Assembly (NCBI GenBank): GCA_964016885.1 | Contig: OZ024749.1 | Location: forward strand, 19,468,001-19,532,000 | Length of the DNA stretch: 64,000 bases | Reading direction: 5' to 3' | DNA from: Eledone cirrhosa | Lineage: Eukaryota | Shown here: positions 32,401 to 48,900 of the stretch, in pieces | Layout of the letters: the number at the start of each line of letters is the position of its first letter | How positions within the stretch are numbered: the first letter of the stretch is position 1 | The notes under the pieces: generated by a model | The model's input: the letters and a program-made list of their open reading frames with translations, nothing else | The model's database searches: none | What the model was told of the DNA's origin: nothing | Program-made: the position numbers and the translations under genes

Positions 32401-35400
32401 TAATAACTGTATTTACACTATCTATACACTGTTAATAACTGTATTTACACTATCTATACATTGTTAATGACTGTATTTACACTATCTATACACTGTTAAT
32501 AACTGTATTTACACTATCTATACACTGTTAATGACTGTATTTACACTATCTATACACTGTTAATAACTGTATTTACACTATCTATACACTGTTAATAACT
32601 GTATTTACACTATCTATACATTGTTAATGACTGTATTTACACTATCTATACACTGTTAATAACTGTATTTACACTATCTATACACTGTTAATGACTGTAT
32701 TTACACTATCTATACACTGTTAATAACTGTATTTACACTATCTATACACTGTTAATAACTGTATTTACACTATCTATACACTGTTAATAACTGTATTTAC
32801 ACTATCTATACACTGTTAATGACTGTATTTACACTATCTATACACTGTTAATAACGGTATTTACACTATCTATACACTGTTAATAACTGTATTTACTCTA
32901 TCTATACACTGTTAATAACTGTATTTACACTATCTATACACTGTTAATAACTGTATTTACACTATCTATACATTGTTAATGACTGTATTTACACTATCTA
33001 TACACTGTTAATAACTGTATTTACACTATCTATACACTGTTAATGACTGTATTTACACTATCTATACACTGTTAATAACTGTATTTACACTATCTATACA
33101 CTGTTAATAACTGTATTTACACTATCTATACACTGTTAATAACTGTATTTACACTATCTATACATTGTTAATGACTGTATTTACACTATCTATACACTGT
33201 TAATGACTGTATTTACACTATCTATACACTGTTAATAACTGTATTTACACTATCTATACATTGTTAATAACTGTATTTACACTATCTATACACTGTTAAT
33301 GACTGTATTTACACTATCTATACACTGTTAATGACTGTATTTACACTATCTATACACTGTTAATAACTGTATTTACACTATCTATACATTGTTAATAACT
33401 GTATTTACACTATCTATACATTGTTAATGACTATTTACACTATCTATACACTGTTAATGACTGTAGTTACACTATCTATACACTGTAAATAACTGTATTT
33501 ACACTATCTATACATTGTTAATAACTGTATTTACACTATCTATACACTGTTAATGACTGTATTTACACTATCTATGCACTGTTAATGACTGGATTTACAC
33601 TATCTATACACTGTTAATGACAGTATTTACACTATCTATACATTGTTAATGACTGTATTTACACTATCTATACACTGTTAATGACTGTATTTACACTATC
33701 TATACACTGTTAATGACTGTATTTACACTATCTATACATTGTTAATGACTGTATTTACACTATCTATACATTGTTAATGACTGTATTTACACTATCTATA
33801 CATTGTTAATGACTGTATTTACACTATCTATACACTGTTAATGACTGTATTTACACTATCTATACATTGTTAATGACTGTATTTACACTATCTATACATT
33901 GTTAATGACTGTATTTACAGTATCTATACACTGTTAATGACTGCATTTACACTATCTATACACTGTTAATGACTGTATTTACACTATCTATACACTGTTA
34001 ATGACTGTATTTACACTATCTATACACTGTTAATGACTGTATTTACACTATCTATACACTGTTAATGACTGTATTTACACTATCTATACACCGTTAATGA
34101 CTGTATTTATGCTATCTATACACTGTTAATGACTGTATTAACATTATCTATACACTGTTAATGACTGTATTTACACTATCTATACACTGTTAATGACTGT
34201 ATTTACACTATCTATACACTGTTAATGACTGTATTTACACTATCTATACATTGTTAATGACTGTATTTACACTATCTATACACTGTTAATGACTGTATTT
34301 ACACTATCTATACACTGTTAATGACTGTATTTACACTATCTATACACTGTTAATGACTGTATTTACACTATCTATACACTGTTTATGACTGTATTTACAC
34401 TATCTATACACTGTTAATGACTGTATTTACACTATCTATACACCGTTAATGACTGTATTTACACTATCTATACACTGTTAATGACTGTATTAACATTATC
34501 TATACACTGTTAATGACTATTTACACTATCTATACACCGTTAATGACTGTATTTACACTATCTATACACCGTTAATGACTGTATTTACACTATCTATACA
34601 CTGTTAATGACTGTATTTACACTATCTATACACCGTTAATGACTGTATTTACACTATCTATACACTGTTAATGACTGTATTTACACTATCTATACACTGT
34701 TAATGACTGTACTTACACTATCTATACACTGTTAATGACTGTATTTACACTATCTATACACTGTTAATGACTGTATTTACACTATCTATACACTGTTAAT
34801 GACTGTATTTACACTATCTATACACTGTTAATAACTGTATTTACACTATCTATACATTGTTAATGACTGTATTTACACTAACTATACACTGTTAATGACT
34901 GTTTTTACACTATCTATACACTGTAAATAACTGTATTTACATTATCTGTACCTTATTAATAACTGTATTTACACTATCTATACACTGTTAATAACTGTAT
35001 TTACACTATCTATACACTGTTAATAACTGTATTTACACTATCTATACACTTAATGACTGTATTAACATTATCTATACACTGTTAATGACTGTATTTACAC
35101 TATCTATACATTGTTAATGACTGTATTTACACTATCTATACACTGTTAATGACTGTATTTACACTATCTATACACTGTTAATAACTGTATTTACACTATC
35201 TATACACTGTTAATGACTGTATTTACACTATCTATACACTGTTAATGACTGTATTTACACTATCTATACACTGTTAATGACTGTATTTACGCTATCTATA
35301 CATTGTTAATGACTGTATTTACACTATCTATACACTGTTAATGACTGTATTTACACTATCTATACACTGTTAATAACTGTATTTACACTATCTATACACT

Positions 35401-35970
35401 GTTAATGACTGTATTTACACTACCTATACACTGTTTATAACTGTATTTACACTATCTATACACTGTTAATAACTGTATTTACACTATCTATACACTGTTA
35501 ATAACTGTATTTACACTATCTATACATTGTTAATGACTGTATTTACATTATCTATACACTGTTAATGACTGTATTTACACTATCTATACACTGTTAAGAC
35601 TGTATTTACACTATCTATACACCGTTAATGACTGTATTTACACTATCTATACACTGTTAATAACTGTACTTACACTATCTATACATTGTTAATGACTGTA
35701 TTTACACTATCTATACACTGTTAATGACTGTATTTACACTATCTATACACCGTTAATGACTGTATTTACACTATCTATACACTGTTAATAACTGTATTTA
35801 CACTATCTATACACCGTTAATGACTGTATTTACATTATCTATACACTGTTAATGACTGTATTTACACTATCTATACACCGTTAATGACTGTATTTACATT
35901 ATCTATACACTGTTAATGACTGTATTTACACTATCTATACACTGTTAATGACTGTATTTACACTATCTAT
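26470..35970. repeat. 3609-bp (113-monomer) higher-order repeat, ~2.6 near-identical tandem copies; third copy continues in a longer form to ~37470
   Basis: TACAGTATC 26702/30311/33920, TTTATGCT 26893/30502/34111, CTGTACCTTATT 27730/31339/34948, GACAGTA 30013/33622 (third at 37423, six monomers later than expected). 113x32-7 = 3609 (deletions 2+2+1+2). Confidence 0.95.
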
Positions 35971-37779
35971 ACACCGTTAATGACTGTATTTACACTATCT
36001 ATACACTGTTAATCACTGTATTTACACTATCTATACACTGTTAATGACTGTATTTACACTATCTATACACTGTTAATAACTGTATTTACACTATCTATAC
36101 ACTGTTAATGACTGTATTTACACTATCTATACACTGTTAATGACTGTATTTACACTATCTATACACTGTTAATGACTGTATTTACACTATCTATTCATTG
36201 TTAATGACTGTATTTACACTATCTATACACTGTTAATGACTGTATTTACACTATCTATACACTGTTAATAACTGTATTTACACTATCTATACACTGTTAA
36301 TGACTGTATTTACACTATCTATACACTGTTTATAACTGTATTTACACTATCTATACACTGTTAATAACTGTATTTACACTATCTATACACTGTTAATAAC
36401 TGTATTTACACTATCTATACATTGTTAATGACTGTATTTACACTATCTATACACTGTTAATAACTGTATTTACACTATCTATACACTGTTAATGACTGTA
36501 TTTACACTATCTATACACTGTTAATAACTGTATTTACACTATCTATACACTGTTAATAACTGTATTTACACTATCTATACACTGTTAATAACTGTATTTA
36601 CACTATCTATACACTGTTAATGACTGTATTTACACTATCTATACACTGTTAATAACGGTATTTACACTATCTATACACTGTTAATAACTGTATTTACTCT
36701 ATCTATACACTGTTAATAACTGTATTTACACTATCTATACACTGTTAATAACTGTATTTACACTATCTATACATTGTTAATGACTGTATTTACACTATCT
36801 ATACACTGTTAATAACTGTATTTACACTATCTATACACTGTTAATGACTGTATTTACACTATCTATACACTGTTAATAACTGTATTTACACTATCTATAC
36901 ACTGTTAATAACTGTATTTACACTATCTATACACTGTTAATAACTGTATTTACACTATCTATACATTGTTAATGACTGTATTTACACTATCTATACACTG
37001 TTAATGACTGTATTTACACTATCTATACACTGTTAATAACTGTATTTACACTATCTATACATTGTTAATAACTGTATTTACACTATCTATACACTGTTAA
37101 TGACTGTATTTACACTATCTATACACTGTTAATGACTGTATTTACACTATCTATACACTGTTAATAACTGTATTTACACTATCTATACATTGTTAATAAC
37201 TGTATTTACACTATCTATACATTGTTAATGACTATTTACACTATCTATACACTGTTAATGACTGTAGTTACACTATCTATACACTGTAAATAACTGTATT
37301 TACACTATCTATACATTGTTAATAACTGTATTTACACTATCTATACACTGTTAATGACTGTATTTACACTATCTATGCACTGTTAATGACTGGATTTACA
37401 CTATCTATACACTGTTAATGACAGTATTTACACTATCTATACATTGTTAATGACTGTATTTACACTATCTATACACTGTTAATCACTGTATTTACACTAT
37501 CTATACACTGTTAATGACTGTATTTACACTATCTATACCCTGTTAATCACTGTATTTACACTATCTATACACTGTTAATGACTGTATTTACACTATCTAT
37601 ACATTGTTAATGACTGTATTTACACTATCTATACATTGTTAATGACTGTATTTACACTATCTATACACTGTTAATGACTGTATTTACACTATCTATACAC
37701 TGTTAATGACTGTATTTACACTATCTATACACTGTTAATGACTGTATTTACATTATCTATACACTGTTAATGACTGTAT

Positions 37780-38755
37780 TTACACTATCTATACACTGTT
37801 AATGACTGTATTTACACTATCTATACATTGTTAATGACTGTATTTACACTATCTATACACTGTTAATGACTGTATTTACACTATCTATACACTGTTAATG
37901 ACTGTATTTACACTATCTATACATTGTTAATGACGGTATTTACACTATCTATACACTGTTAATGACTGTATTTACACTATCTATACACTGTTAATGACTG
38001 TATTTACGCTATCTATACACTGTTAATGACTGTATTTACACTATCTATACACTGTTAATGACTGTATTTACACTATCTATACACTGTTAATAACTGTATT
38101 TACACTATCTATACACTGTTAATAACTGTATTTACACTATCTATACACTGTTAATGACTGTATTTACACTATCTATACACTGTTAATGACTGTATTTACA
38201 CTATCTATACACCGTCAATGACTGTATTTACATTATCTATACACTGATAATGACTCTATTTACACTATCTATACACTGTTAATGACTGTATTTACACTAT
38301 CTATACATTGTTAATGACTGTATTTACACTATCTATACACTGTTAATGACTGTATTTACACTATCTATACACTGTTAATGACTGTATTTACACTATCTAT
38401 ACATTGTTAATGACGGTATTTACACTATCTATACACTGTTAATGACTGTATTTACACTATCTATACACTGTTAATGACTGTATTTACGCTATCTATACAC
38501 TGTTAATGACTGTATTTACACTATCTATACACTGTTAATGACTGTATTTACACTATCTATACACTGTTAATAACTGTATTTACACTATCTATACACTGTT
38601 AATAACTGTATTTACACTATCTATACACTGTTAATGACTGTATTTACACTATCTATACACTGTTAATGACTGTATTTACACTATCTATACACCGTCAATG
38701 ACTGTATTTACATTATCTATACACTGATAATGACTCTATTTACACTATCTATACA
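37780..38755. repeat. 480-bp (15-monomer) tandem duplication; repeated again at ~40370-41285
   Basis: GACGGTA 37935/38415 and CCGTCAATG...CTGATAATGACTCT at ~38212/38692. A second pair has GACGGTA at 40463/40943. Confidence 0.92.
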
Positions 38756-41700
38756 CCGTTAATGACTGTATTTACATTATCTATACACTGTTAATGACTG
38801 TATTTACACTATCTATACACTGTTAATGACTGTATTTACACTATCTATACACCGTTAATGACTGTATTTACACTATCTATACACTGTTAATGCCTGTATT
38901 TACACTATCTATACACCGTTAATGACTGTATTTACACTATCTATACACTGTTAATCACTGTATTTACACTATCTATACACTGTTAATGACTGTATTTACA
39001 CTATCTATGCACTGTTAATGACTGTATTTACACTATCTATACACTGTTTATAACTGTATTTACACTATCTATACACTGTTAATAACTGTATTTACACTAT
39101 CTATACACTGTTAATGACTGTATTTACACTATTTATATACTGTTAATAACTGTATTTACACTATCTATACACTGTTAATGACTGTATTTACACTATCTAT
39201 ACACTGTTAATGACTGTATTTACACTATCTATACACTGTTAATAACTGTATTTACACTATCTATACATTGTTAATAACTGTATTTACACTATCTATACAC
39301 TGTTAATGACTGTATTTACACTATCTATACATTGTTAATGACTGTATTTACACTATCTATACACTGTTAATAACTGTATTTACACTATCTATACATTGTT
39401 AATAACTGTATTTACACTATCTATACACTGTTAATAACTGTATTTACACTATCTATACATTGTTAATGACTGTATTTACACTATCTATACACTGTTAATG
39501 ACTGTATTTACACTATCTATACACTGTTAATGACTGTATTTACACTATCTATACATTGTTAATGACTGTATTTACACTATCTATACACTGTTAATGACTG
39601 TATTTACACTATCTATACACTGTTAATGACTGTATTTACACTATCTATACATTGTTAATGACTGTATTTACACTATCTATACACTGTTAATGACTGTATT
39701 TACACTATCTATACACTGTTAATGACTGTATTTACGCTATCTATACACTGTTAATGACTGTATTTACACTATCTATACACTGTTAATGACTGTATTTATA
39801 CTATCTATACACTGTTAATAACTGTATTTACACTATCTATACACTGTTAATAACTGTATTTACACTATCTATACACTGTTAATGACTGTATTTACACTAT
39901 CTATACACTGTTAATGACTGTATTTACACTATCTATAAACCGTTAATGACTGTATTTACATTATCTATACACTGTTAATGACTCTATTTACACTATCTAT
40001 ACACCGTTAATGACTGTATTTACATTATCTATACACTGTTAATGACTGTATTTACACTATCTATACACTGTTACTGACTGTATTTACACTATCTATACAC
40101 TGTTAATAACTGTATTTACACTATCTATACACTGTTATTGACTGTATTTACACTATCTATACACTGTTAATAACTGTATTTACACTATCCATACACTGTT
40201 AATAACTGTATTTACACTATCTATACACTGTTAATAACTGTATTTACACTATCTATACATTGTTAATGACTGTATTTACACTATCTATACACTGTTATTG
40301 ACTGTATTTACACTATCTATACACTGTTAATAACTGTATTTACACTATCTATACATTGTTAATAACTGTATTTACACTATCTATACACTGTTAATGACTG
40401 TATTTACACTATCTATACACTGTTAATGACTGTATTTACACTATCTATACATTGTTAATGACGGTATTTACACTATCTATACACTGTTAATGACTGTATT
40501 TACACTATCTATACACTGTTAATGACTGTATTTACGCTATCTATACACTGTTAATGACTGTATTTACACTATCTATACACTGTTAATGACTGTATTTACA
40601 CTATCTATACACTGTTAATAACTGTATTTACACTATCTATACACTGTTAATAACTGTATTTACACTATCTATACACTGTTAATGACTGTATTTACACTAT
40701 CTATACACTGTTAATGACTGTATTTACACTATCTATACACCGTCAATGACTGTATTTACATTATCTATACACTGATAATGACTCTATTTACACTATCTAT
40801 ACACTGTTAATGACTGTATTTACACTATCTATACATTGTTAATGACTGTATTTACACTATCTATACACTGTTAATGACTCTATTTACACTATCTATACAC
40901 TGTTAATGACTGTATTTACACTATCTATACATTGTTAATGACGGTATTTACACTATCTATACACTGTTAATGACTGTATTTACACTATCTATACACTGTT
41001 AATGACTGTATTTACGCTATCTATACACTGTTAATGACTGTATTTACACTATCTATACACTGTTAATGACTGTATTTACACTATCTATACACTGTTAATA
41101 ACTGTATTTACACTATCTATACACTGTTAATAACTGTATTTACACTATCTATACACTGTTAATGACTGTATTTACACTATCTATACACTGTTAATGACTG
41201 TATTTACACTATCTATACACCGTCAATGACTGTATTTACATTATCTATACACTGATAATGACTCTATTTACACTATCTATACACCGTTAATGACTGTATT
41301 TACATTATCTATACACTGTTAATGACTGTATTTACACTATCTATACACTGTTAATGACTGTATTTACACTATCTATACACCGTTAATGACTGTATTTACA
41401 CTATCTATACACTGTTAATGCCTGTATTTACACTATCTATACACCGTTAATGACTGTATTTACACTATCTATACACTGTTAATCACTGTATTTACACTAT
41501 CTATACACTGTTAATGACTGTATTTACACTATCTATGCACTGTTAATGACTGTATTTACACTATCTATACACTGTTTATAACTGTATTTACACTATCTAT
41601 ACACTGTTAATAACTGTATTTACACTATCTATACACTGTTAATGACTGTATTTACACTATTTATATACTGTTAATAACTGTATTTACACTATCTATACAC

Positions 41701-42965
41701 TGTTAATGACTGTATTTACACTATCTATACACTGTTAATGACTGTATTTACACTATCTATACACTGTTAATAACTGTATTTACACTATCTATACATTGTT
41801 AATAACTGTATTTACACAATCTATACACTGTTAATGACTGTATTTACACTATCTATACATTGTTAATGACTGTATTTACACTATCTATACACTGTTAATA
41901 ACTGTATTTACACTATCTATACATTGTTAATAACTGTATTTACACTATCTATACACTGTTAATAACTGTATTTACACTATCTATACATTGTTAATGACTG
42001 TATTTACACTATCTATACACTGTTAATGACTGTATTTACACTATCTATACACTGTTAATGACTGTATTTACACTATCTATACATTGTTAATGACTGTATT
42101 TACACTATCTATACACTGTTAATGACTGTATTTACACTATCTATACACTGTTAATGACTGTATTTACACTATCTATACATTGTTAATGACTGTATTTACA
42201 CTATCTATACACTGTTAATGACTGTATTTACACTATCTATACACTGTTAATGACTGTATTTACGCTATCTATACACTGTTAATGACTGTATTTACGCTAT
42301 CTATACACTGTAATGACTGTATTTATACTATCTATACACTGTTAATAACTGTATTTACACTATCTATACACTGTTAATAACTGTATTTACACTATCTATA
42401 CACTGTTAATGACTGTATTTACACTATCTATACACTGTTAATGACTGTATTTACACTATCTATAAACCGTTAATGACTGTATTTACATTATCTATACACT
42501 GTTAATGACTCTATTTACACTATCTATACACCGTTAATGACTGTATTTACATTATCTATACACTGTTAATGACTGTATTTACACTATCTATACACTGTTA
42601 CTGACTGTATTTACACTATCTATACACTGTTAATAACTGTATTTACACTATCTATACACTGTTATTGACTGTATTTACACTATCTATACACTGTTAATAA
42701 CTGTATTTACACTATCCATACACTGTTAATAACTGTATTTACACTATCTATACACTGTTAATAACTGTATTTACACTATCTATACATTGTTAATGACTGT
42801 ATTTACACTATCTATACACTGTTATTGACTGTATTTACACTATCTATACACTGTTAATAACTGTATTTACACTATCTATACATTGTTAATAACTGTATTT
42901 ACACTATCTATACACTGTTAATGACTGTATTTACACTATCTATACACTGTTAATGACTGTATTTA
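37840..42965. repeat. Tandem duplication of a 2528-bp (79-monomer) unit containing the 480-bp duplication
   Basis: GACGGTA 37935/40463 and 38415/40943, ATGCCTG 38893/41421 (offset 2528 = 79x32). TATAAACCG 39934/42461 (offset 2527, after a 1-bp deletion at ~42311). Confidence 0.93.
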
Positions 42966-45900
42966 CACTATCTATACACTGTTAATAACTGTATTTACAC
43001 TACCTATACATTGTTAATAACTGTATTTACACTATCTATCCATTGTTAATGACTGCATTTACACTATCTATACACTGTTAATGACTGTATTTACACTATC
43101 TATACACTGTTAATAACTGTATTTACACTATCTATACACTGTTAATGACTGTATTTACACTATCTATACACTGTTAATGACTGTATTTACACTATCTATA
43201 CACCGTTAATGACTGTATTTACATTATCTATACACTGTTAATGACTGTATTTACACTATCTATACACTGTTAATGACTGTATTTACACTATCTATACACT
43301 GTTAATAACTGTATTTACACTGTTAATAACTGTATTTACACTATCTATACACTGTTAATGACTGTATTTACACTATCTATACATTGTTAATGACTGTATT
43401 TACACTATCTATACATTGTTAATGACTGTATTTACACTATCTATACATTGTTAATGACTGTATTTACACTATCTATACACTGTTAATGACTGTATTTACA
43501 CTATCTATACACTGTTAATGACTGTATTTACACTATCTATACACTGTTAATGACTGTATTTACACTATCTATACACTGTTAATGACTGTATTTACACTAT
43601 CTATACACTGTTAATGACTGTATTTACACTATCTATACACCGTTAATGACTGTATTTACACTATCTATACACTGTTAATGACTGTATTAACATTATCTAT
43701 ACACTGTTAATGACTATTTACACTATCTATACACCGTTAATGACTGTATTTACACTATCTATACACCGTTAATGACTGTATTTACACTATCTATACACTG
43801 TTAATGACTGTATTTACACTATCTATACACCGTTAATGACTGTATTTACACTATCTATACACTGTTAATGACTGTATTTACACTATCTATACACTGTTAA
43901 TGACTGTATTTACGCTATCTATACACTGTTAATGACTGTATTTACACTATCTATACACTGTTAATGACTGTATTTATACTATCTATACACTGTTAATAAC
44001 TGTATTTACACTATCTATACACTGTTAATAACTGTATTTACACTATCTATACACTGTTAATGACTGTATTTACACTATCTATACACTGTTAATGACTGTA
44101 TTTACACTATCTATACACCGTTAATGACTGTATTTACATTATCTATACACTGTTAATGACTATTTACACTATCTATACACCGTTAATGACTGTATTTACA
44201 TTATCTATACACTGTTAATGACTGTATTTACACTATCTATACACTGTTAATGACTGTATTTACACTATCTATACACCGTTAATGACAGTATTTACACTAT
44301 CTATACACTGTTACTGACTGTATTTACACTATCTATACACTGTTAATAACTGTATTTACACTATCTATACACTGTTATTGACTGTATTTACACTATCTAT
44401 ACACTGTTAATAACTGTATTTACACTATCCATACACTGTTAATAACTGTATTTACACTATCTATACACTGTTAATAACTGTATTTACACTATCTATACAT
44501 TGTTAATGACTGTATTTACACTATCTATACACTGTTATTGACTGTATTTACACTATCTATACACTGTTAATAACTGTATTTACACTATCTATACATTGTT
44601 AATAACTGTATTTACACTATCTATACACTGTTAATGACTGTATTTACACTATCTATACACTGTTAATGACTGTATTTACACTATCTATACACTGTTAATA
44701 ACTGTATTTACACTACCTATACATTGTTAATAACTATATTTACACTATCTATACATTGTTAATGACTGTATTTACACTATCTATACACTGTTAATGACTG
44801 TATTTACACTATCTATACACTGTTAATAACTGTATTTACACTATCTATACACTGTTAATAACTGTATTTACACTATCTATACACTGTTAATAACTGTATT
44901 TACACTATCTATACACTGTTAATGACTGTATTTACACTATCTATACATTGTTAATGACTGTATTTACACTATCTATACATTGTTAATGACTGTATTTACA
45001 CTATCTATGCACTGTTAATGACTGGATTTACACTATCTATACACTGTTAATGACTGTATTTACACTATCTATACATTGTTAATGACTGTATTTACACTAT
45101 CTATACACTGTTAATCACTGTATTTACACTATCTATACACTGTTAATGACTGTATTTACACTATCTATACACTGTTAATCACTCTATTTACACTATCTAT
45201 ACACTGTTAATGACTGTATTTACACTATCTATACATTGTTAATGACTGTATTTACACTATCTATACATTGTTAATGACTGTATTTACACTATCTATACAC
45301 TGTTAATGACTGTATTTACACTATCTATACACTGTTAATGACTGTATTTACACTATCTATACATTGTTAATGACTGTATTTACACTATCTATACACTGTT
45401 AATGACTGTATTTACACTATCTATACACTGTTAATGACTGTATTTACACTATCTATACACTGTTAATAACTGTATTTACACTATACACTGTTAATAACTG
45501 TATTTACACTATCTATACACTGTTAATGACTGTATTTACACTATCTATACACTGTTAATGACTGTATTTACACTATATATACACCGTTAATGACTGTATT
45601 TACATTATCGATACACTGTTAATGACTCTATTTACATTATCGATACACTGTTAATGACTGTATTTACACTATCTATACACCGTTAATGACTGTATTTACA
45701 CTATCTATACACTGTTACTGACTGTATTTACACTATCTATACACTGTTAATAACTGTATTTACACTATCTATACACTGTTATTGACTGTATTTACACTAT
45801 CTATACACTGTTAATAACTGTATTTACACTATCCATACACTGTTAATAACTGTATTTACACTATCTATACACTGTTAATAACTGTATTTACACTATCTAT

Positions 45901-48900
45901 ACATTGTTAATGACTGTATTTACACTATCTATACACTGTTATTGACTGTATTTACACTATCTATACACTGTTAATAACTGTATTTACACTATCTATACAT
46001 TGTTAATAACTGTATTTACACTATCTATACACTGTTAATGACTGTATTTACACTATCTATACACTGTTAATGACTGTATTTACACTATCTATACACTGTT
46101 AATAACTGTATTTACACTATCTATACATTGTTAATAACTGTATTTACACTATCTATACATTGTTAATGACTGTATTTACACTATCTATACACTGTTAATG
46201 ACTGTATTTACACTATCTATACACTGTTAATAACTGTATTTACCCTATCTATACACTGTTAATGACTGTATTTACACTATCTATACACTGTTAATGACTG
46301 TATTTACAGTATCTATACACCGTTAATGACTGTATTTACATTATCTATACACTGTTAATGACTGTATTTACACTATCTATACACTGTTAATGACTGTATT
46401 TACACTATCTATACACTGTTAATAACTGTATTTACACTGTTAATAACTGTATTTACACTATCTATACACTGTTAATGACTGTATTTACACTATCTATACA
46501 TTGTTAATGACTGTATTTACACTATCTATACATTGTTAATGACTGTATTTACACTATCTATACATTGTTAATGACTGTATTTACACTATACACTGTTAAT
46601 GACTGTATTTACACTATCTATACATTGTTAATGACTGTATTTACACTATCTATACACTGTTAATGACTGCATTTACACTATCTATACACTGTTAATGACT
46701 GTATTTACACTATCTATACACTGTTAATGACTGTATTTACACTATCTATACACTGTTAATAACTGTATTTACACTGTTAATAACTGTATTTACACTATCT
46801 ATACACTGTTAATGACTGTATTTACACTATCTATACATTGTTAATGACTGTATTTACACTATCTATACATTGTTAATGACTGTATTTACACTATCTATAC
46901 ATTGTTAATGACTGTATTTACACTATCTATACACTGTTAATGACTGTATTTACACTATCTATACACTGTTAATGACTGTATTTACACTATCTATACACTG
47001 TTAATGACTGTATTTACACTATCTATACACTGTTAATGACTGTATTTACACTATCTATACACTGTTAATGACTGTATTTACACTATCTATACACCGTTAA
47101 TGACTGTATTTACACTATCTATACACTGTTAATGACTGTATTAACATTATCTATACACTGTTAATGACTATTTACACTATCTATACACCGTTAATGACTG
47201 TATTTACACTATCTATACACCGTTAATGACTGTATTTACACTATCTATACACTGTTAATGACTGTATTTACACTATCTATACACCGTTAATGACTGTATT
47301 TACACTATCTATACACTGTTAATGACTGTATTTACACTATCTATACACTGTTAATGACTGTATTTACGCTATCTATACACTGTTAATGACTGTATTTACA
47401 CTATCTATACACTGTTAATGACTGTATTTATACTATCTATACACTGTTAATAACTGTATTTACACTATCTATACACTGTTAATAACTGTATTTACACTAT
47501 CTATACACTGTTAATGACTGTATTTACACTATCTATACACTGTTAATGACTCTATTTACACTATCTATACACCGTTAATGACTGTATTTACATTATCTAT
47601 ACACTGTTAATGACTATTTACACTATCTATACACCGTTAATGACTGTATTTACATTATCTATACACTGTTAATGACTGTATTTACACTATCTATACACTG
47701 TTAATGACTGTATTTACACTATCTATACACCGTTAATGACTGTATTTACACTATCTATACACTGTTACTGACTGTATTTACACTATCTATACACTGTTAA
47801 TAACTGTATTTACACTATCTATACACTGTTATTGACTGTATTTACACTATCTATACACTGTTAATAACTGTATTTACACTATCCATACACTGTTAATAAC
47901 TGTATTTACACTATCTATACACTGTTAATAACTGTATTTACACTATCTATACATTGTTAATGACTGTATTTACACTATCTATACACTGTTATTGACTGTA
48001 TTTACACTATCTATACACTGTTAATAACTGTATTTACACTATCTATACATTGTTAATAACTGTATTTACACTATCTATACACTGTTAATGACTGTATTTA
48101 CACTATCTATACACTGTTAATGACTGTATTTACACTATCTATACACTGTTAATAACTGTATTTACACTACCTATACATTGTTAATAACTGTACTTACACT
48201 ATCTATACATTGTTAATGACTGTATTTACACTATCTATACACTGTTAATGACTGTATTTACACTATCTATACACTGTTAATAACTGTATTTACACTATCT
48301 ATACACTGTTAATAACTGTATTTACACTATCTATACACTGTTATTGACTGTATTTACACTATCTATACACTGTTATTAACTGTATTTACACTATCCATAC
48401 ACTGTTAATAACTGTATTTACACTATCTATACACCGTTAATGACTGTATTTACATTATCTATACACTGTTAATGACTGTATTTACACTATCTATACACTG
48501 TTAATGACTGTATTTACACTATCTATACACTGTTAATAACTGTATTTACACTGTTAATAACTGTATTTACACTATCTATACACTGTTAATGACTGTATTT
48601 ACACTATCTATACATTGTTAATGACTGTATTTACAGTATCTATACATTGTTAATGACTGTATTTACACTATCTATACATTGTTAATGACTGTATTTACAC
48701 TATACACTGTTAATGACTGTATTTACACTATCTATACATTGTTAATGACTGTATTTACACTATCTAAACACTGTTAATGACTGTATTTACACTATCTATA
48801 CACTGTTAATGACTGTATTTACACTATCTATACACTGTTAATGACTGTATTTACACTATCTATACACCGTTAATGACTGTATTTATGCTATCTATACACT

